Source: Promethearchaeota archaeon | GTDB taxonomy: Archaea; Asgardarchaeota; Lokiarchaeia; Sigyniarchaeales; SOKP01 | DNA length: 26,568 nt | Assembly: GCA_016926735.1 (NCBI GenBank) | Contig: JAFGOA010000195.1 | Coordinates: 1 to 26,568 of the forward strand | Direction of reading: 5' to 3' | Part shown: positions 6,730 through 15,948 of the stretch, piece by piece | Position numbering within the stretch: the first letter of the stretch is position 1 | Layout of the letters: each line of letters begins with the position of its first letter | The notes under the pieces: model-generated | The model's database searches: none | Told to the model about the DNA's origin: nothing | Seen by the model: the letters and a program-made list of their open reading frames with translations, nothing else | Made by a program: the position numbers and the translations under genes

Positions 6730-7572
6730 TTATTCTAGATATTTAAAGAGCAGAATAAAAGGATAATTACCATCAGAATCCACTCCCTCTTTTTTAATAA
6801 TAATATAAAGATTATTTTCTATGAAATTAACTAATTTTTGAGCAACCAGATTACAAATTTGATTACATTCTAAAAAATTATTTATTAAATATTTACATCC
6901 CTTATTATATTTCATACAAAATTTTTTCATTTGTAATGAAATCCCTTCAGCTGAGAGTGGTAATATATTATTCCAAGTGTCTTTAAAACCAGCTATGTCT
7001 TTAGGGGCATAATTATGTAATAATTTGGCCAAAGCTATTTTTTTATTATTTATTTCAACAAAATTATTTATTCGTTTCTTAATAAGTCTTATTTCTTTTT
7101 TTGCTTCCAACTGACATAAGAAATTATATTTATTAAGTATCTTTTTAGCTTCTTTTGTGTTTTCTAAGTTATTTATTCTCCAACCGCTTAATTTCTTACA
7201 AGATATTGGATTTCCATTTTTATTATTAAATTTAGTTGGATAGATCCAACATTGAGGTGGTTTAATTCCCGTTTCATGGACGCTGCATCCGTTTATATTC
7301 GAATCAAATAAGAAACATTTTCCAATTTTCTCATCAAACCGTAATTTAAAACTATAAATATCCGATCTTATAAAATCTTCTTTCTTTGCTTTTCCTAAAT
7401 TTATATATTCTTTAGCCAATATTTTGGGGATATCAATTTGAATTGAGCAACAATCTCCACGACAATTATTAGGATCAATACAATTTGGTCCATCTACAGA
7501 ATTTTTCATAAGAGTATTGAACTTAGATATTAGTTCCCAAAAATATTTATTTTTCATTAATATAAAATCCAC
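6730..7572 (-). CDS. YkgJ/CxxCxxCC family Fe-S or Zn cluster protein
   Basis: CIDPNNCRGDCC, CFLFD...CSVH...KPPQCWIYP, plus an extra C-terminal Cys cluster (FC...GC...ECNQIC). Confidence 0.75.
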   Translation of the reverse strand: MDFILMKNKYFWELISKFNTLMKNSVDGPNCIDPNNCRGDCCSIQIDIPKILAKEYINLGKAKKEDFIRSDIYSFKLRFDEKIGKCFLFDSNINGCSVHETGIKPPQCWIYPTKFNNKNGNPISCKKLSGWRINNLENTKEAKKILNKYNFLCQLEAKKEIRLIKKRINNFVEINNKKIALAKLLHNYAPKDIAGFKDTWNNILPLSAEGISLQMKKFCMKYNKGCKYLINNFLECNQICNLVAQKLVNFIENNLYIIIKKEGVDSDGNYPFILLFKYLE

Positions 7573-7856
7573 CTAGAAAACAATATTAAAAAGGATGTTA
7601 TTCATCTAAATTATGTTAAAATAATCATATTGAATAAATAAATTCTATAATTTTTAAGGTATTGTTTAATTCAATCAATAGAATTCTAAATTTGAAAATA
7701 AATGTAAATTTTTAATTTCTAACTTATAATTTAATTTATTTTATTCTAATATAAATTAATCTTTCAGCTAAAATTTATATTTGCAAACTCTATTTTTTTA
7801 TTATTAAAAATTATTGAATTCAAGTTTTTAAATTAAATAAGTGGGTTCAAGCAAAA

Positions 7857-9974
7857 ATGACAAATCTTATAATAATAGATATCACGGATAAGGAGAATAT
7901 TCTCCTAGATGGACCTCAAAACATAAAACAAATTAGTGGTAATGGAAAGGTAGTTGTTAAAAATCCTTCTGGATCTAGTCGTTTATGGAATCTTGAGATG
8001 GATTTAAAAGAAACTGTAAACACTGGGATAGAAAAACATCAAGATGTTGGAATGTTAAATCCTGGACAAGTATTTGAAAAAGAATATCAAATTCAAAATC
8101 TTAAAGATTCCTCTCTTAAACTTGAAGAAGTTTTTGATTCAGACAGAGATATTCCAAATCTTGTAAATAATGTTTTATTATTTAACAAATCTAATTCATG
8201 TAAATTAAAGATTTCACTGATAAATACTTTAGACCTTGGAATCTCAGATATTACTTATGCCAGAGAAGTACCTCCTTTTTTAAAAAATCTTCAAATAAAT
8301 GCTCCAAATATGGGTAAGGCAGAAATTGGAGAGGAAGAAGGTAAGAAAATGTTACAATGGCATATAGATTCTATTGAGGGAAATCAAACGGCCATTCTTG
8401 AAGTTATTTGTGATGCTCTTATAAATGAGCGCGAACCTCAAGCTCTTGGAAAGACTAAAGTAACCTATATTGCAAATAACTACAAATTAACTATGCTAAA
8501 TCCAGAAATTACAGGTCTTACTGATTCTTTAAGTGGAGTGACAACAGATGAGGGTTCCAGCCCTGGAACTTGGGAATGCAACGTAGAATTTATTAATGAA
8601 TCTGAATTTCAAGTAAAAGTAAAAAATGTAAAAGTCTCTCATAAGATTTCAACTGGAGAGGAAGTAATTGTTTCTGAAACCCCTGAAAGAATTCTTAATC
8701 CAGATGAGTCATGGGATCATGATTTTCAATTAGATTCTGAAAATGTTCCACAATTAGACTCTTCTGTTGAATTTACAACTCTTTATAAAGTAGTTACTAG
8801 AGTAATTGGAGAAATAAATAAAGAATCAACAATTTATCCTGTTTTGAGCTCTGAAGTAGTTAAAGCAATTTTACCGCCTGAGGTTGATGCTTATGCAAAT
8901 ACAAATATGACAATAGAAAACACAATTACCAATAAAGGGTCCTCTGAGATTGATTTATTAATAATCAGCGATGAAATTCCATCAGATTTTATTCCTCCTA
9001 CCTTAAAAGATATTAAATTATTACTAAATAGTAAAGATGGTCCAATTGAGATACACACTAGAGAAGAATTTGTAAAGAAATTTACAATTTCTCCAGAAGA
9101 TGTCAGTCCTGACTCAACTCATAGTATCAACATTGAATTACAAAATCTTACAAAGAATTTTATACCAAACACAGAAATAAAAATGAGTTATCCTTTATTA
9201 GCTAAAAATCCTAAACCTGAAACTCAATATAAAACACCTGTTGAGATTCAAACGAATTGTAGTATAAGGGGGGATGCTTTTGTAATATCTCCTGAAATAG
9301 AACCTGAAATTAAAATAAAATATGTCAAGCGTAAACTTAAAACACTAAAGAGCATTAAACCAGGAATTAATGAAGGAGAATTTGATATTACTGTAAGAAT
9401 TCAGAACAAAGGTGATGTAGAATTAGAAAATGTTGAAGTTAAAGATCAAATTCCTGAAGGATTCCAGCTTACTGATTTTAATCCAAAAGATATCAAATAT
9501 CAAGTATTAGATCAAGGAAAAGAAAAACTTTTAGACATACATATTATTGAATTAGCAGGTCAAGAAGCTATTAGTATCCAATATAGTTGTGAAGGATCTG
9601 GTGATTATCCAAGAAAAGAACCAAAAGTAATAGTTAGAGGAAGAGGTGGAGCTGCTAGTGAAGAATCAGTATCATTAGAATCAGGACCTACTCATCTTGA
9701 TACCTCAGTTACTGATGTAGGATTACAAAAGAAAGGACAGTTATATGATATATTTTTAAAAATTAATAAAGCAATTGATCAAGGGACATCTTGTAATAAT
9801 TTAGGTAATTTATTAGAATCATTGAGAGATGAAATACCTTCTGGTCCTGTATTACACCAATTGATGCAATTCTCTCGAGATTTGAAAACCAAAGGAGATA
9901 AAATGATTGTCGGTAATCTTCGTGATGAAATTATAGCAAAAGTTAAAGATTATCAACAGAAATATGACGCTTAA
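7857..9974 (+). CDS. Large acidic cytoplasmic multi-beta-sandwich (Ig-like/DUF11-like) protein with mu-homology-like N-terminus and helical C-terminus
   Basis: No signal peptide or TM. Repeated sandwich motifs (ISLINTLDLGISDITYAREVP; NTITNKGSSEIDLLIISDEIPSDF; VRIQNKGDVELENVEVKDQIPEGF), a G/S/A linker and an approximately 85-aa helical tail. Confidence 0.65.
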   Translation: MTNLIIIDITDKENILLDGPQNIKQISGNGKVVVKNPSGSSRLWNLEMDLKETVNTGIEKHQDVGMLNPGQVFEKEYQIQNLKDSSLKLEEVFDSDRDIPNLVNNVLLFNKSNSCKLKISLINTLDLGISDITYAREVPPFLKNLQINAPNMGKAEIGEEEGKKMLQWHIDSIEGNQTAILEVICDALINEREPQALGKTKVTYIANNYKLTMLNPEITGLTDSLSGVTTDEGSSPGTWECNVEFINESEFQVKVKNVKVSHKISTGEEVIVSETPERILNPDESWDHDFQLDSENVPQLDSSVEFTTLYKVVTRVIGEINKESTIYPVLSSEVVKAILPPEVDAYANTNMTIENTITNKGSSEIDLLIISDEIPSDFIPPTLKDIKLLLNSKDGPIEIHTREEFVKKFTISPEDVSPDSTHSINIELQNLTKNFIPNTEIKMSYPLLAKNPKPETQYKTPVEIQTNCSIRGDAFVISPEIEPEIKIKYVKRKLKTLKSIKPGINEGEFDITVRIQNKGDVELENVEVKDQIPEGFQLTDFNPKDIKYQVLDQGKEKLLDIHIIELAGQEAISIQYSCEGSGDYPRKEPKVIVRGRGGAASEESVSLESGPTHLDTSVTDVGLQKKGQLYDIFLKINKAIDQGTSCNNLGNLLESLRDEIPSGPVLHQLMQFSRDLKTKGDKMIVGNLRDEIIAKVKDYQQKYDA

Positions 9975-10063
9975 TTATATTTTTTTTTTAACTAATTTTT
10001 AATTCTTTTTTTATATTTTTTTAGTTATTTTTCAAATGATTTAAGAAAAAATAATGAAATTCA

Positions 10064-11302
10064 TTATTCAATCTTATCTGTATGTTTATGGATAATTAAT
10101 CCAGAAAGAGGTTTTGGATAAAAATATGTTGATTTTTGAGGCATAATTTCACCAAGATGAGTGATTGTATGAACTTCTTCTAAGGTGGTAGGATTTACTA
10201 TGAATAAAGCTTTAATTGTATTTTCATCTACATTTTTTATTCCTATATTGATATCTTTAATAAAAGATATATCTTCCTTTTGAATATCTAAACATTTTTC
10301 TAATAATATATTATGTAATATAGGAATATCCAGATTTTTCCATTCTTTAGAATGAGTACCTTTTATTATGTCTTCTGAATGAATATCTTCTTTTAATTTT
10401 AGATATATATATTTATTTTTAAAATATAATCCAAAGATATGTTTTTTATTTTCCATTAATGATTTTAAATCATTATATGATTCAAGAACTTCTATTTCAA
10501 AATATCTATTCGTCTTTTGTTCAAGTTCTTGAATAGTATCAATCGAAATTTTATGAATTTGACGATGACTTGTATATATTATTAATCCTGGATCGTTGAA
10601 ATCTATAAATATCGCCATAACATACTTACATCCTCCATGTTTACTATGTCTAAGACTGGTTACATATCTATGATGTCCATCGGCAATTATAATAGTGTTA
10701 TTTTTAACAATATTTTGAATAGCTGTAAGATCTCCATCATTAGTAATTTCCCATGTTTTATGTAAAAAACCATCTCTATCTCCTACTTTAAGATACGGTT
10801 CATTTTGAATATATTTGCGTATTATTTTCTCTGCTGAACCATTTCCATTATAAATCATAAAAAGTGGAGAAAAATTTGCATTAGTTTTTTGAATTAGATT
10901 TAATCTATCTGTAGTATATTTTCTAAATGTAGCTTCATGTGGGATAACACCATCATTAGCAGGAAATATTTCTACTAATTTTAAAAGGCCCACAAAACCA
11001 TATCTACTGATTTTTTCTCCAGTATCTGGTTTTATATAATCAATTCCATAGATGCATAAACATCTCTTCTTTCCGCAAGTTAATATCTCTGAATTAATCA
11101 TTTCATTTAATTGAATACCAGCTTTATCATACGATTCTGGTAAAATTATATGACAAATATTATTTATATCAAGACTTTTTAATTTTAGTTCTTCTTCTTT
11201 AGTGATTACATCATAAGGTGGTGCAACTAATTCCTCTAATCTTTTAGGATTATTTTTTCCTTCTTTATAATGGAAATTTCGAAACGGTATTAATTCAGGC
11301 AT
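10064..11302 (-). CDS. DUF1015 family protein (ParB/sulfiredoxin-like fold)
   Basis: APPYDVI, VIPHEAT, ANFSPLFMIY, IIADGHHRY, MPQKSTYFYPKPLSGL. Confidence 0.92.
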   Translation of the reverse strand: MPELIPFRNFHYKEGKNNPKRLEELVAPPYDVITKEEELKLKSLDINNICHIILPESYDKAGIQLNEMINSEILTCGKKRCLCIYGIDYIKPDTGEKISRYGFVGLLKLVEIFPANDGVIPHEATFRKYTTDRLNLIQKTNANFSPLFMIYNGNGSAEKIIRKYIQNEPYLKVGDRDGFLHKTWEITNDGDLTAIQNIVKNNTIIIADGHHRYVTSLRHSKHGGCKYVMAIFIDFNDPGLIIYTSHRQIHKISIDTIQELEQKTNRYFEIEVLESYNDLKSLMENKKHIFGLYFKNKYIYLKLKEDIHSEDIIKGTHSKEWKNLDIPILHNILLEKCLDIQKEDISFIKDINIGIKNVDENTIKALFIVNPTTLEEVHTITHLGEIMPQKSTYFYPKPLSGLIIHKHTDKIE

Positions 11303-11455
11303 TTTGTGTGAAAACTCTTAGTGAAATAAAAAGATAATAATCTTTTAAATAATTTAATTATAAAAAATCTTTTCCTCGATTTATAAAATTTATTGTTAAA
11401 ACTAAAAATCATATTCAAGAGCTTGATTACCTAATTTTTATATTAAAGGAAATTT

Positions 11456-12658
11456 TCATTTTAGCTTTTCTATTCTTTTTATTTCAAGAAGTATCAAATC
11501 TACTAAATTATTTACATTTTTGATATATTCTTCCAAAATATTGTCTTTTTTGTTTAAAGATTCGATATTAATATCTATGTTATTATCTAATTGATCTTTA
11601 TTGATATTTAGATTTTTTATTTGATTAATATAATTTTGAATTTTTTTAGATTTTATTCCTAATTTTTTATCGAGAGAGTTGAGTATTGTTACTTGAATTT
11701 CTATATTTTCAATACCTTTTAAAATAACATCCATATTTTTTTCATCTTTTAAATCATTAAGAACGGATTTAATTTTAGATAGAAGATGTATTGCTTTATC
11801 TTGTTGTTCTAGATCTATTAGGATGACATCTTCTTCATTTTCTAAACTAAACTCATCAACTATATTTGTTTCATATTTTACAGTTATCTTATTCAGAGTT
11901 TTTTCAACTTTATTTGGATTTATTTCTATATTGATTTTTTCAGTATCCTCAATATCCGTAATTAATTCTAATTCATCTAATTCTACTTGGGTCATTAAAG
12001 GTGAGAATCTAACTTGAAGTTGTTTCTTTCCATAAAAATTTTCATTGATCCTAAGGATTTGAGTATAAGTTTGGATGATTTCTTCACCTATAGGAGCATA
12101 AAGTACTCCTTCCTTTGAATCTAATTGTGCTAAAAGGGTATATATCTTATTTTCTTTTATAGCACCCGTTACTAATATTTTTTGCCATGGGGCTAATTCA
12201 GGCATTCCTTCCAGAGGATTTTTAACTATTACAGTAATATGTTCATTTAAACCTAATTTTAATAGATTTTCTTCAGTAAGTTTAGCAATATCAGAATTTG
12301 CTTCAAGAATTATTATTTCTCCTTTGGGTGATAAATGATGAGCTAAAGCAGCTATATAACCGGATTTGGCACCTAATATGAGTAAATCATCATCATTTTC
12401 TAAAACTAAACCTTGTAACATTATACTTATCATGTGAGGAGCTGAAATCGTTCTATAATTATTTGGATTTTGATAATAAAACAAATTTGGTGTATCTTCA
12501 TAGATTTTAAATGAATCTCTATATTGTAAAGGAATAAATTCTTCAAGAGGAACATCTATGAAGGCTTTATACAATCTTTTATCCTTCAAAATTTCATTCG
12601 TTACTAAAAAATCCAATAATTTTTTTTTCTTTTTTAAAATAATAGGATCTTCATTCAT
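11456..12658 (-). CDS. pcm: Protein-L-isoaspartate O-methyltransferase-like domain fused to an acidic/coiled-coil C-terminal extension
   Basis: AFIDVPLEEFIP, TISAPHM, LILGAKSGY (degenerate motif I), APWQKILVTGA, GVLYAPIG, VRFSPL, followed by about 175 extra residues. Confidence 0.8.
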   Translation of the reverse strand: MNEDPIILKKKKKLLDFLVTNEILKDKRLYKAFIDVPLEEFIPLQYRDSFKIYEDTPNLFYYQNPNNYRTISAPHMISIMLQGLVLENDDDLLILGAKSGYIAALAHHLSPKGEIIILEANSDIAKLTEENLLKLGLNEHITVIVKNPLEGMPELAPWQKILVTGAIKENKIYTLLAQLDSKEGVLYAPIGEEIIQTYTQILRINENFYGKKQLQVRFSPLMTQVELDELELITDIEDTEKINIEINPNKVEKTLNKITVKYETNIVDEFSLENEEDVILIDLEQQDKAIHLLSKIKSVLNDLKDEKNMDVILKGIENIEIQVTILNSLDKKLGIKSKKIQNYINQIKNLNINKDQLDNNIDINIESLNKKDNILEEYIKNVNNLVDLILLEIKRIEKLK

Positions 12659-12770
12659 GGTAACTTGTATAATCTCTCTTTAGAAGTATAATGATAAAAC
12701 TGACATTTAAAATTTTTTTATATCATCAATAATTACTTTGGTTATATAGAAAAAAAAGCAAATTTTTTTT

Positions 12771-13358
12771 ATGATTTTACTAAATATAGAAGATTTTAAA
12801 AGAGCTAGAATTACAATTGGATTGATTATTTTAAATATTGCTTGTTTCTTTATGTTTATAAATTCAAATAATGACACTCTATTTCTTCTCTTAGTACAAG
12901 ATAACCGAAGATTGATTGAGAATCTTGAAATTTGGAGATTATTCACAGCTATGTTTTTACATGCTGATATAACTCATTTATTTTCAAATATGTTATCACT
13001 TTTAATTTTTGGAACAACTATCGAAACATATTATAAGGTTATAAAAATAAGATATATTTTAATATATTTTATCTCGGGTTTAATAGGAAATTTATTTTCA
13101 TTAGTGTTTTTACCCCTAGATAGCTATAGTCTTGGTGCTTCTGGTGCAATATTAGGATTAATTGGTTTTATCCTAATTATGATAATATATGATGATCGGT
13201 CATTGCTCTTATTTACTATTTTATATATAGCATATTTCCTATTTGCTTCATTTTCCCCTGGAATTAACATTTGGGCTCATATTTTTGGATTTTTAGGTGG
13301 ATTATTATTTGGTTTTTTTATGAATTATAACTCTCATAAAAAATTGGAATTCCAATGA
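12771..13358 (+). CDS. Rhomboid family intramembrane serine protease
   Basis: WRLFTAMFLHA..HLFSNM, GASG catalytic Ser, AHIFGFLGG catalytic His. Confidence 0.95.
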   Translation: MILLNIEDFKRARITIGLIILNIACFFMFINSNNDTLFLLLVQDNRRLIENLEIWRLFTAMFLHADITHLFSNMLSLLIFGTTIETYYKVIKIRYILIYFISGLIGNLFSLVFLPLDSYSLGASGAILGLIGFILIMIIYDDRSLLLFTILYIAYFLFASFSPGINIWAHIFGFLGGLLFGFFMNYNSHKKLEFQ

Positions 13359-13407
13359 TATTAAATTCTATTTAATTTTGCGTGATTACTATGAATAAAA
13401 ATTAAAA

Positions 13408-14118
13408 TTATCCGACTCTCATTTTTTGTTTTATTCTAAAATTCTTTTTTTCTTTTGTCTTTTTTCTTTTTTCTCTTAATTCTTTTTCCATTGTAAAATC
13501 TTTTTGACAGATAGATTCTAACGGACAAATATTACATTTAGGACGAAAAGGTTTGCAAATTTGTTGTCCGAATTTAACAAATAATCTGGAAAATCTTAAC
13601 CAATTTTCTTTTGGTATTAATTCTTTTAAAGCAATTTCACTCTGTTCGGGTCTTTTTGTTTGAATCCATCCTAGTCGATTTGGAATACGATGAATATGTG
13701 TATCCACAGTTATTGCTGGAATCTTAAAAGCAAAAACAAGAACACAATTAGCTGTTTTTGGACCTACTCCTGGTAGTTCTACTAATTCTTGAAAATTGTT
13801 AGGGACTATACCATTATATTTTTTTATTAAAATATTTGAAATATCAATAATTCTCTGAGCTTTTACCCTATAAAATCCGATACTTTTTATTATATGTTCA
13901 ATATCTCCTAAATTTGCCGTAGCAATTAATTCTGGGGTATTATATCTCTTAAACAAATCTTCAGTCACTTTCTCTGTCATTATATCTTTAGTTCTTGCAG
14001 ATAAAACAGTAGCTATTAATATTTTAAATGGATCTGAACCTTTTTCTTCTAATTTCCCTAAGTTTGATTTACCCTTTATATTATTTTCGACTTTATCTAA
14101 AATTTCTCTGAAATTCAT
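13408..14118 (-). CDS. nth: Endonuclease III (HhH-GPD glycosylase/AP lyase with 4Fe-4S)
   Basis: LIATVLSARTKD, LPGVGPKTA, VDTHIHRI, C-x6-C-x2-C-x5-C (CKPFRPKCNICPLESIC). Confidence 0.96.
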   Translation of the reverse strand: MNFREILDKVENNIKGKSNLGKLEEKGSDPFKILIATVLSARTKDIMTEKVTEDLFKRYNTPELIATANLGDIEHIIKSIGFYRVKAQRIIDISNILIKKYNGIVPNNFQELVELPGVGPKTANCVLVFAFKIPAITVDTHIHRIPNRLGWIQTKRPEQSEIALKELIPKENWLRFSRLFVKFGQQICKPFRPKCNICPLESICQKDFTMEKELREKRKKTKEKKNFRIKQKMRVG

Positions 14119-14142
14119 AAGATTCTCTAATTTTATGATGAT

Positions 14143-14430
14143 CCCTCAAGAATACAACTACCTTCAGGGAGGTAATGAATTGAGCTAAATTAAAAATTAT
14201 CAAAATTCACTAAACATTCAATTTCTCATTCCTTTTAAACCATTCTATTTTAATAGTTTAATAAGGAAATTCTAATTATAAAGGTGAATTTCTTATTGCA
14301 TGAACCCTCTGTGAACGAGAAATCATTCCTAATACAATGGAATGGTTTTCTACGATAAACAGGCCAATCCGTAAGAGAAGAGATTGTATACTCGTAGGGA
14401 GCCATGATCTTCAGGTCGTGTGTAGTTCAT
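14143..14430 (+). mobile_element. Non-autonomous IS200/IS605-family element (288 bp, no tnpA/tnpB)
   Basis: Left end CTCAAGAATACAACTACC-TTCA-GGGAGGTAATGAATTGAG and right end GGGAGCCATGATC-TTCA-GGTCGTGTGTAGTTCAT. Both subterminal hairpins carry C-TTCA-GG. It is preceded by ATGAT, with no TIRs or target duplication. In-silico removal restores ...FEKESS-stop in the flanking gene. Confidence 0.75.
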
Positions 14431-14450
14431 TCCTTCTCAAATACATATAT
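14300..14450 (+). ncRNA. Candidate TnpB omegaRNA/reRNA scaffold with flanking guide (14431-14450)
   Basis: Stems 14319-14329/14339-14349, 14350-14355/14392-14397 enclosing 14365-14369/14382-14386, and 14403-14409/14414-14420. ATGAAC 14300-14305 is complementary to the terminal GTTCAT 14425-14430. TTATAAA lies at 14276-14282. Confidence 0.5.
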
Positions 14451-15830
14451 TTTTCTTTTTACAATTTGTCCTTTTTTTGTATCTATTATTGAAAATAGTT
14501 TTGATTTATTAAATTGTAGAATTTTATTCGATTTATTTACAATTCTTTTAGCTGTAATAAGTGGTATCGGTTTAAATTGATTTTTTCTTGCTATATTTTC
14601 AATATCAATACGTAGATCATGAGAATCATCAAGAATATTTATCACTGGTGATACAATACAGATTCTTGATTCAGGTTTTAACACTTTATAGGATTCTTTA
14701 AATATAGTTTCATATAAAGGCTGAAGTTTTACTTCCATTAATTCAATACCATCAGAATAATATGGTTTTTCATTAAAAAAAGGTCCTAAATCAGGCTCAG
14801 TTACTATTCCATCAAAAAATCCTTCTTTATATATTTTAGATAAATTCTTTATATCTATAGTTTTAAATTTATGACCAATATTTGGTATTGGCGGTAATTC
14901 TAATTCATTCTGAAGCCATTTAATATTTTCTATAGTATTATCTATTTTCTTTTTACTAATATCTGAACCAAACATTTGAAAATCTTCAATTAATCCAAAT
15001 AATGCAATAGTACCATTACCTACAAATGGATCAAGTATCTTTTTTTCCTTTCTACCTTCAAAAATATTGAGAAAATTTAACATTATTATTGCTAATTTTG
15101 GAGAAATTGCACTTTTGAATTCTCTTTTAGGTCTTTCTTCATCTATTTTCTTTTTAAAATTTGGATCATCTACAGTATAAGTTCTTCCAATATAAATTCC
15201 TTCTTCAGTTATTCCAATCACAATTTCTGCTCTATTTGGTTTGAGTAGTTGATATTTAATCACATGATGAGGAAATATTGGATTTAAATTACCAGAATCA
15301 ATATTTTTTTGAGGATATTTATAATATAGAGCTTTAATTGCTCCTTTTTCTTTTAAAATTGTTCTAATTCCTTTATTTAAAAATGGAAGTAAATGTTTTA
15401 ATACAACCTCTTTGTAGTAAATATCATCATATAAATTAGGATAAATTGAGTTCGCAAAGAAAATATTTTCGTTCTTAATATTTGGAAATATATCATCTAA
15501 AATAGTAACAAGTTCATCTTTAATTTTTTGTCTTTCCTTTTTAATTTCATTAAATTTAATTGTTTTAATTGGAAATGATTTTTTTAATGTTTGATAATTT
15601 ATGAAGCTGGAAACTTTTGCTATTTTTTGTATACCTCCTAAATAATATTGAAGAGTTTCTAATTTATCAACATAAAATTTATCATTTATAAGATTACTAA
15701 ATTCAACTATTGCAATATTAGAAGAATAATCGATTATCTTTCCTTTAAAAGGAGTACTTCTTAGGCATATATCCAGTTCTGCTAAGGAGAGTTTCCAATT
15801 ACTTCCAAGAATAAATATAAATTGTACCAT
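14427..15830 (-). CDS. Trm11-like SAM-dependent RNA methyltransferase (tRNA m2G10 type)
   Basis: N-terminal FILG...LSLAEL, ISPKLAIIMLN, ILDPFVGNGTI, GSDIS, DGIVTEPDLGP. Confidence 0.8.
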   Translation of the reverse strand: MVQFIFILGSNWKLSLAELDICLRSTPFKGKIIDYSSNIAIVEFSNLINDKFYVDKLETLQYYLGGIQKIAKVSSFINYQTLKKSFPIKTIKFNEIKKERQKIKDELVTILDDIFPNIKNENIFFANSIYPNLYDDIYYKEVVLKHLLPFLNKGIRTILKEKGAIKALYYKYPQKNIDSGNLNPIFPHHVIKYQLLKPNRAEIVIGITEEGIYIGRTYTVDDPNFKKKIDEERPKREFKSAISPKLAIIMLNFLNIFEGRKEKKILDPFVGNGTIALFGLIEDFQMFGSDISKKKIDNTIENIKWLQNELELPPIPNIGHKFKTIDIKNLSKIYKEGFFDGIVTEPDLGPFFNEKPYYSDGIELMEVKLQPLYETIFKESYKVLKPESRICIVSPVINILDDSHDLRIDIENIARKNQFKPIPLITAKRIVNKSNKILQFNKSKLFSIIDTKKGQIVKRKIYVFEKE

Positions 15831-15948
15831 ACCAACAACTTTTTTTCTTTGAATAAGAAAATGAATGATTCAATATCAATTTTTGGGATCGACGAGAATC
15901 TTTTAATTATTATATGAAAATAATTAAAAAATAAAATAAGAAAAATAT

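Noticed and set aside
11823-12017. 64-aa plus-strand ORF
   Set aside because: Antisense shadow of the PIMT-like gene.
12707-12946. 79-aa minus-strand ORF
   Set aside because: Antisense shadow of the rhomboid gene.
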